NCBI GenBank assembly: GCA_049287185.1
Contig: JBAQFI010000012.1
Location: 54,659 to 118,658 of the forward strand
From: Minisyncoccia bacterium
GTDB taxonomy: Bacteria > Patescibacteriota > Minisyncoccia > Phycocordibacterales > GWA1-40-21
Length of the DNA stretch: 64,000 nt
Direction: 5' to 3'
Below, piece by piece: positions 58,318 through 64,000 of this stretch; position 1 is the first letter of the stretch; the number at the start of each line of letters is the position of its first letter. The position numbers were made by a program, and so were the translations under genes. The notes beneath the pieces were generated by a model. That model worked only from the letters and a program-made list of their open reading frames with translations. It did no database searches and was not told where the DNA came from.

Positions 58318-58401
58318 ATGGCAAAAGCAAAGAAGTCAAAAAAAGTGTCAAAGAAGAAAGTTGCTAAGAAAGGCAAAAAGAAAGCTGGAAAAAAGCGTTA
58401 A
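58318..58401 (+). CDS. 27-aa Lys-rich micro-ORF (possible small basic protein or leader peptide)
   Basis: Own translation MAKAKKSKKVSKKKVAKKGKKKAGKKR; inverted repeat tgcattc-tg-gaatgca upstream; strong terminator downstream. Confidence 0.3.
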   Translation: MAKAKKSKKVSKKKVAKKGKKKAGKKR

Positions 58402-58419
58402 TCTTTTTTCAGTTCGACA

Positions 58420-58455
58420 CTTGAAAACCGCCGCTCGGCGGTTTTCGTTTTTTCA
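58420..58455 (+). terminator. rho-independent terminator
   Basis: aaaaccgccg-ctcg-gcggttttcgtttttt. Confidence 0.8.
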
Positions 58456-58477
58456 TAATTTAGTTTATAATATTATT

Positions 58478-58957
58478 ATGAAAATCAAAAATATTGTTTT
58501 AATGATTAAATTCGTGGTCATGTCAGAATTTGCAGGTCTAATCGGCTCAATTTTTACAGCACCGGCCATAGATGGTTGGTACGCTTCTTTAGAAAAACCT
58601 TTATTTAACCCACCAAATTGGGTTTTTGGTCCAGTGTGGACAACCTTGTTTCTACTCATTGGTGTAGCAGTATATTGGATATATATAAATACCGATGCTA
58701 CTTCAATTAAAAAGAGAATTGCCTTCATTGTTTTTGGTATCCAATTTATTTTGAACATTATTTGGTCATTATTATTCTTTAAGTTACAAAGTCCTTTTCT
58801 GGCCTTTGTTGAAGTAATTATTCTTTGGATTTTTATTTTATTAACAATTATTTTGTTTTATAAAATATCCAAAAAAGCTGGTATTATTTTACTACCATAC
58901 ATTTTGTGGGTGAGTCTGGCGGCATATTTAAACTGGCAGCTTTGGTTGTTAAATTAA
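58478..58957 (+). CDS. tspO: TspO/MBR family (tryptophan-rich sensory protein)
   Basis: LFNPPNWVFGPVWTTLFLLIG, five TM, Trp-rich. ORF-track start 58361 spans the terminator; start at MKIKNIV (58478). Confidence 0.75.
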   Translation: MKIKNIVLMIKFVVMSEFAGLIGSIFTAPAIDGWYASLEKPLFNPPNWVFGPVWTTLFLLIGVAVYWIYINTDATSIKKRIAFIVFGIQFILNIIWSLLFFKLQSPFLAFVEVIILWIFILLTIILFYKISKKAGIILLPYILWVSLAAYLNWQLWLLN

Positions 58958-59004
58958 ATATATTTTTGTATAGTTTGCAGATTATAAATAATAAATAAAC
59001 ATAA

Positions 59005-59232
59005 ATGGGATTTTTTAAAAATATGGCTATGAGGGCGGTACTTAAGAATCAAATGAAAGGAGTCCCCACTGACCAACAGGATAAAATATTGAATGCTTTT
59101 GAGGCAAACCCAAAACTTTTTGAGGATATAGCTAAAGAAGTACAAGAGAAAATGAAAAATGGTAAAAGCCAGATGGACGCCACAATGGAAGTAATGACCA
59201 AACACCAAGATGAACTGAGAAAGATTATGTAA
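59005..59232 (+). CDS. small hypothetical protein (75 aa)
   Basis: Charged helical; followed by terminator aaaaagcccc-actg-gggcttttt (59241-59266). Confidence 0.4.
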   Translation: MGFFKNMAMRAVLKNQMKGVPTDQQDKILNAFEANPKLFEDIAKEVQEKMKNGKSQMDATMEVMTKHQDELRKIM

Positions 59233-59265
59233 ACAAACTAAAAAAGCCCCACTGGGGCTTTTTGA

Positions 59266-59688
59266 CTAATTCTTTGGTGACTCACCTTTAGCAAAAAGGT
59301 AGTATTGCTTATCAACATTTCCGATATGATTGATCCACCACTCACCAATGTATTTCTCAGCCTCTGCCAGTAAAAGATTCTTGTCCACACCAGCTGCCAC
59401 CTTTTCTCTATATCCAGTAAAATATTTTATAAAATCGTGGTGCTTTTCTTTGTGCTCTGTAATATATGGATACTGGATACTTTCCATGTATTTTTCCTCA
59501 TAAGCAAGGTGATCGTTGATGTAGTCGTTAAAGAAACTCAAAATTTCAAGGAGAATAGAATTGTCAATTTTTTGATTAACTAAGGCATCTATAACTTTAT
59601 TTAATTGTGCTAGCAAATGTTGATGTTGGGAATCAATATGTTCTTCACCGACAGACATCTCTTTTGTCCATTCAAATTTGTATTGCAT
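59266..59688 (-). CDS. bacteriohemerythrin
   Basis: FEWTKEMSVGEEHIDSQHQHLLAQLN, HLAYEEKYM, EHKEKHHDF iron-ligand His/Glu pattern. Confidence 0.8.
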   Translation of the reverse strand: MQYKFEWTKEMSVGEEHIDSQHQHLLAQLNKVIDALVNQKIDNSILLEILSFFNDYINDHLAYEEKYMESIQYPYITEHKEKHHDFIKYFTGYREKVAAGVDKNLLLAEAEKYIGEWWINHIGNVDKQYYLFAKGESPKN

Positions 59689-59832
59689 AAATCTAATTTA
59701 ATCTAATAATATATTTAAATATTAGCACATATTTAGATATTTTGTCTGTTATAGCATGCCCACTATACATATATAATATATATGTTATTGTTATGGTAGA
59801 AGTGGCTCCTGAAGCTCGTTTGTTTTATTATA

Positions 59833-60678
59833 ATGACCAAATTATTTTTAAATGAGCACCGTTGTCAGTGTAATAAACTCTTATTTAAGGGTGTCATTTT
59901 GGATGGATCACTGGAAATTAAGTGTAAAAGATGTGGACGGATGAATGAAATAGGCTCTATTAAATCTTGCGATGATACTAATAATTATCTACTAATTATT
60001 AATGACAGTGGACAGATTTCAAATGCCAGTGATTCAGCCTGTAAAATTTTGAATTACAGTCGGGAAGAACTGATTGGAAAGAGTTTTACAATCATTAACC
60101 CTACTTTGCCAAAAGAAATTGGTGAGAAATTTTTTGGTCCAAGGTCAATTCTAAATGAAAAAAATTATTTAAAATTAGATACTTTTCATCAGACAAAAGA
60201 CGGAATTATGTTGCCAATTACTGTTTTGTTAAAATTACACAAAACAGGTGGTAATAGATTTGTTTTGTTGACTGCCGAGCTCAAAAATCCGGTATTAGAA
60301 ACCGAATCAAATAAACAGAATCTTGTAAAATCGGAATTTTCAAAAAATGCATGTGATTTTTATTTTGACCTGGATAAAAGTGGTACAGCCGAGTTCATTT
60401 GCCCGGCGATGAGAAATTTCTTTGGATTTTCCCTAAATGAAAACATCGGTACTAATTATATGAACTATATTCCCATCATGATGATAGAAGAGGTTGAAAA
60501 AACATTTAGATATTTTTCATCTAAAAAACTACCTTACAAAATCAATGACATGATCATTTTTAATTCAAAGAAGGAAAAAATCCATTGCGAGCTATATTTT
60601 ACGCCGAATTTTAACGGCTATAGTGAATTTATTGGCTATAGGGTAATAGGTTGGGTTAAAAAAGATGTGGATAAATAA
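59833..60678 (+). CDS. Com-type (Mu Com-like) zinc-ribbon fused to tandem PAS-like domains
   Basis: N-terminal EHRCQCNKLLFKG...LEIKCKRCGRMNEI (CxC...CxxC); then SNASDSACKILNYSREELIGKSFTIINP and a second PAS-like region. Confidence 0.55.
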   Translation: MTKLFLNEHRCQCNKLLFKGVILDGSLEIKCKRCGRMNEIGSIKSCDDTNNYLLIINDSGQISNASDSACKILNYSREELIGKSFTIINPTLPKEIGEKFFGPRSILNEKNYLKLDTFHQTKDGIMLPITVLLKLHKTGGNRFVLLTAELKNPVLETESNKQNLVKSEFSKNACDFYFDLDKSGTAEFICPAMRNFFGFSLNENIGTNYMNYIPIMMIEEVEKTFRYFSSKKLPYKINDMIIFNSKKEKIHCELYFTPNFNGYSEFIGYRVIGWVKKDVDK

Positions 60679-60778
60679 TAGCTTTTCTTGACAATAATAC
60701 TCTGATATAATTAACCTATAAATTTTGAGACTCCTGAAGTCCGTAACCTTTTTGGTTCGGATTTTTTAATATAATTTA

Positions 60779-63700
60779 ATGTATCAATATTTTTATAGCA
60801 AAAATTTACTTATTGTTTTTTTCCCACTCGCATTATTTTTCCTTGTACCGCACCTAGCTCAAGCAGCAACTTGTACTGCCAGTAACGGAAACTGGAGTGC
60901 AATTGGTACTTGGTCTTGTGGGCATGTACCTTTGGCAGTAGATGATGTCGTTATTCCAAATACCAACGGTCTAAATGTCATCGTTGATACTACCGCGGTG
61001 GCATCTTCAACAACTTTTACGGGTGGAAACCGAGCTAATGCTATAAATATTAGTGGAACAAATTCCTTAACTGTAACAAATGCTGTTAGAATAAACGCTC
61101 CAACTGGAAATGTTACAAAAGGAATAACGGTTGGAACAGGGACTTTAACGGCTGGTAGTATATATATTACCTCTGGAAGCGCTGGTGGAAGAATTTCACA
61201 AATTTCAGTCTCAACTGGAACAATAAATTGTTCAGGAAATATTACATTTGCTGGTACTGCCTCTGCAGCGAGAATTACTTTTACTGGCGCAGGTATACTC
61301 AATATTGACGGTGCTAATGGTATTGGTCCGGGCGGAACTTTTACTGCTGGAAATAGTACAGTTAACTTTAATTCTGCTAGTGCTCAGATAATCGGTCCTT
61401 ATAATTATTATAAATTAACTACATCTGGAGGTAATACTAAAACTACTTCAGCGGCTATGACAGTTAGTAATAATCTAAATATAGGCTCAGGTACTAACTT
61501 TGTCACGGGAGTAACAAATACCTGGACCTTATCAGTTACTGGCACAACGACTATAGCTGGAACACTTACACTAGCAAACACAGGTAATAAAACTTTTTCA
61601 AATGACGTTATATTAAATTCTGGTAGTGTTTGGAATGAGACAGGTAATGCGTCCATTACTATCAATGGCAACATTGTAAATAATGCCACTACTTTTACTG
61701 CCAATGCCGGTAGTCATACATTTAGTGGGTCAAATAAAACTTTTAGTGGATCAACTCCTATTTCAATCCCCGGCACTGTTATTTTTGCTGGAGGAGCTTA
61801 CACAAATAATGGAACATTTTCAGCAATCACCTTGACCACAATGACTGCTGGAGCAGTTTTTACAAATAACGGTACTACCACTGTTTCTACAGCTTTGTCA
61901 GGTAATGGTGGATTTACTCAAGGTTCAACAGGTGTTTTAAATTTTGCTAGTACAACGATTGCTATCACAACTTTTTCAGCAAATGTTCCTAGTAACACGG
62001 TGAACTACAATGCCAATGCACCACAAACAGTTAGAGCAACAACTTATAATAATCTTACGTTGAGTGGAGGTGGTGTCAAAACTCTTACAGGCGTCACAAC
62101 TATTGGAGGTAACTTTACTTTAACAGGATCATCTACAGCCACAGCTTCTTCCGGTTTAACAATTGGAGGAAATGTTTCTATTGGTACAGGAACAACTTTT
62201 AATGGTGGAACAGCACTCGACCATAATGTGGCAGGAAATTGGTCCAATAGCGGAACTTTTACGCCATCAACATGTACGGTTAATTTTAATGGGGCAAATC
62301 AATCAATAAATAATGCAAATACCTGGTACAATCTTTCAATAACTGGAACTTCTTCCCGAACCGTTACTTTACAAAGTGGCGCACTTCAGACAGTTTTAAA
62401 TGGTTTAACTTTGTCAGGAGCTTCTGAACAACTTTTAACTCTTGTTCCGTCAATCTCACTGACAAAATGGCAACTTAGTGCACCTATTATCCAAAGTGTA
62501 ACTTATACTTCTCCGTCATATTCTGATGCTAGTAGTGGAACCGCTGTTAATGCCACTAGTACAACTAACTCTGATGGCGGAAATAATGTTAATTGGAATT
62601 TCGCTTCGAACCCAGTTCCAACAATAGTCTCTATTTCTCCAACTTCTAAGTATGTTGGTGATGCTGAATTTACCCTAACTGTTTATGGAAGTAATTTTTT
62701 AGCTAGTTCGACGGTAAAAATAAATGGAAATGATAGAACAACAACTTATTATTCCTCATCTACAATTTTGACTGCTATCATTCCATCCTCGGATTTATTG
62801 TCTTCTACCACTCTTATAGTCACGGTTTACAACCCAACTCCAGGCGGTGGTGAAAGTAATTCACAAAATTTATATGTCAGTCCAGTTCCTTTGATTCCGA
62901 CCAAGATAGTTATTGCTAGTGCCACTGACGGAACTATTGATTCGCCAAGCTTGGTAACAATTGAGGTTAGAAACGTTGACGATCTATTAGTTAGTAGCTT
63001 TCAGGAAGATGTGACTCTGCAAGCGTCTGGTTTAGCCACTGGTGATGGACTTATAAATATTATTAGTGGTATTGGCACCACAACGATTTCTGATGAAAAT
63101 ATTGAAACAGTAAGTTTGTCATTGGAAGATACTGAAGGCACAGGATTAAATGTTTCATCAACTGATAGCATTGATTTTGGACCAGGAAATTCCGCAACAT
63201 TAAATATTGTAAGCTCCAGTACAGAGATGGTGGCTGGAACACTCCTACCCGTGACCGTGTCTCGTGAGGACCGTTTGGGGAATATGGTAACTACTGGCAG
63301 TGAGACATTTTATTTATATAGTAACTCATTAAGTCCAGCACATAAATTTTATAATGCTGCCAGTGGAGGAGATATTGTTACAACAATAATTATTCCTGAT
63401 GGAACTTCGACAGCCACAACTTGGTACTATGACGATAAAGTGGGCACACCAGGCATTGAAATTTCCGATAGTGATATAGCGCCAGATGGTAATACAGGTA
63501 TTGATGATGCAATTCAAGAAGTAACAGTAACCAGTGCTCCGGCTTCAACCTTATTTATAAGTAATCCAGGTGATCTGATAGCTGGAGAAAGACTTGGTTA
63601 TGAAATTAGTCGTCAGGATCAGTTTGGTAATGAATCTGATAACGGAACACTACCTGTTTACCTTTATCATTCCGGAATAGCAACATCAACAATTTTTTAT

Positions 63701-64000
63701 AATGCGAGTACCAGTGGAGATCAAATTACTTCTTTGACTATGACTCCTGGTGTGTCATCATCAAGTTTTTGGCTTTATGGTGAAAAAGCTGAAAGCATAA
63801 GTGTGACTGTTTCAGATAACGATGATTCACCTGATGGCTCAAATGGAGTGAATGATGCCACAGACAATTTGTCTATTAGTCCAGGATCAGTCGCTATTCT
63901 TGCCTTAAATAATCCTGGGGATATGGAAGTTAACACGCGCATTGGATATACAGCTACTAGGCTAGATATTTACAATAATTTAGTTACAACCGGTGATTTA
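60779..64000 (+). CDS. giant secreted surface protein (partial; more than 1070 aa continue past the window), beta-helix/G8-like Gly/Thr/Asn repeats then Ig/TIG-like repeats
   Basis: Own translation from ATG 60779: MYQYFYSKNLLIVFFPLALFFLVPHLAQA-ATCTASNGNWSAIGTWSCGHVP... one open frame to window end. The minus-strand ORFs 60859, 61408, 62044 are its antisense shadows. Confidence 0.7.
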   Translation, partial: MYQYFYSKNLLIVFFPLALFFLVPHLAQAATCTASNGNWSAIGTWSCGHVPLAVDDVVIPNTNGLNVIVDTTAVASSTTFTGGNRANAINISGTNSLTVTNAVRINAPTGNVTKGITVGTGTLTAGSIYITSGSAGGRISQISVSTGTINCSGNITFAGTASAARITFTGAGILNIDGANGIGPGGTFTAGNSTVNFNSASAQIIGPYNYYKLTTSGGNTKTTSAAMTVSNNLNIGSGTNFVTGVTNTWTLSVTGTTTIAGTLTLANTGNKTFSNDVILNSGSVWNETGNASITINGNIVNNATTFTANAGSHTFSGSNKTFSGSTPISIPGTVIFAGGAYTNNGTFSAITLTTMTAGAVFTNNGTTTVSTALSGNGGFTQGSTGVLNFASTTIAITTFSANVPSNTVNYNANAPQTVRATTYNNLTLSGGGVKTLTGVTTIGGNFTLTGSSTATASSGLTIGGNVSIGTGTTFNGGTALDHNVAGNWSNSGTFTPSTCTVNFNGANQSINNANTWYNLSITGTSSRTVTLQSGALQTVLNGLTLSGASEQLLTLVPSISLTKWQLSAPIIQSVTYTSPSYSDASSGTAVNATSTTNSDGGNNVNWNFASNPVPTIVSISPTSKYVGDAEFTLTVYGSNFLASSTVKINGNDRTTTYYSSSTILTAIIPSSDLLSSTTLIVTVYNPTPGGGESNSQNLYVSPVPLIPTKIVIASATDGTIDSPSLVTIEVRNVDDLLVSSFQEDVTLQASGLATGDGLINIISGIGTTTISDENIETVSLSLEDTEGTGLNVSSTDSIDFGPGNSATLNIVSSSTEMVAGTLLPVTVSREDRLGNMVTTGSETFYLYSNSLSPAHKFYNAASGGDIVTTIIIPDGTSTATTWYYDDKVGTPGIEISDSDIAPDGNTGIDDAIQEVTVTSAPASTLFISNPGDLIAGERLGYEISRQDQFGNESDNGTLPVYLYHSGIATSTIFYNASTSGDQITSLTMTPGVSSSSFWLYGEKAESISVTVSDNDDSPDGSNGVNDATDNLSISPGSVAILALNNPGDMEVNTRIGYTATRLDIYNNLVTTGDL

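Overview
AT-rich, compact bacterial window. Most genes are housekeeping (dinB, def, engB, nadK, typA, tgt, uvrB, ddl, xfp-ackA, two ABC-F ATPases, DEAD-box helicase, P-type ATPase). The rest are many small membrane or hypothetical proteins, and three tRNAs: Gln-TTG and a divergent Ala-GGC/Ala-TGC pair. Gene content suggests a reduced-genome, cell-wall-anchored lifestyle: phosphoketolase/acetate kinase fermentation, sortase with LPXTG and ice-binding-like (DUF3494) surface proteins, lamin-tail-domain protein, clustered peptidoglycan peptidases, and RGG-rich RNA-binding proteins. It is possibly CPR/Patescibacteria-like, but that is inference only. The window is peppered with miniature palindromic repeats of the form ATTCCC-N8-GGGAAT. 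They often occur as about 90-nt composite MITE-like units with inverted palindromic ends, together with a second roughly 50-nt repeated segment. Most notable: (1) directly 3' of tRNA-Gln, a minus-strand four-gene cluster of an OLD-like AAA_15 ATPase, two membrane proteins and a ClpP-like serine protease, which looks like a tRNA-integrated defence or abortive-infection candidate. (2) Both tRNA-Ala genes carry a homologous roughly 180-nt 3' trailer with covarying hairpins, ending in a direct repeat of the tRNA 3' end (att-like); a third copy of that repeat lies 1.3 kb away in inverted orientation. (3) A 75-nt repeat ends exactly at an ATG of a downstream ORF in both of its copies, one of them a 47-aa highly basic protein followed by a strong terminator. 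(4) Other unusual proteins: a Com-type zinc ribbon fused to PAS domains, a tandem Cys/His-rich protein, two atypical single-domain receiver proteins, and a P1B-like ATPase lacking CPC. No rRNA, CRISPR array, integrase or transposase gene was seen.
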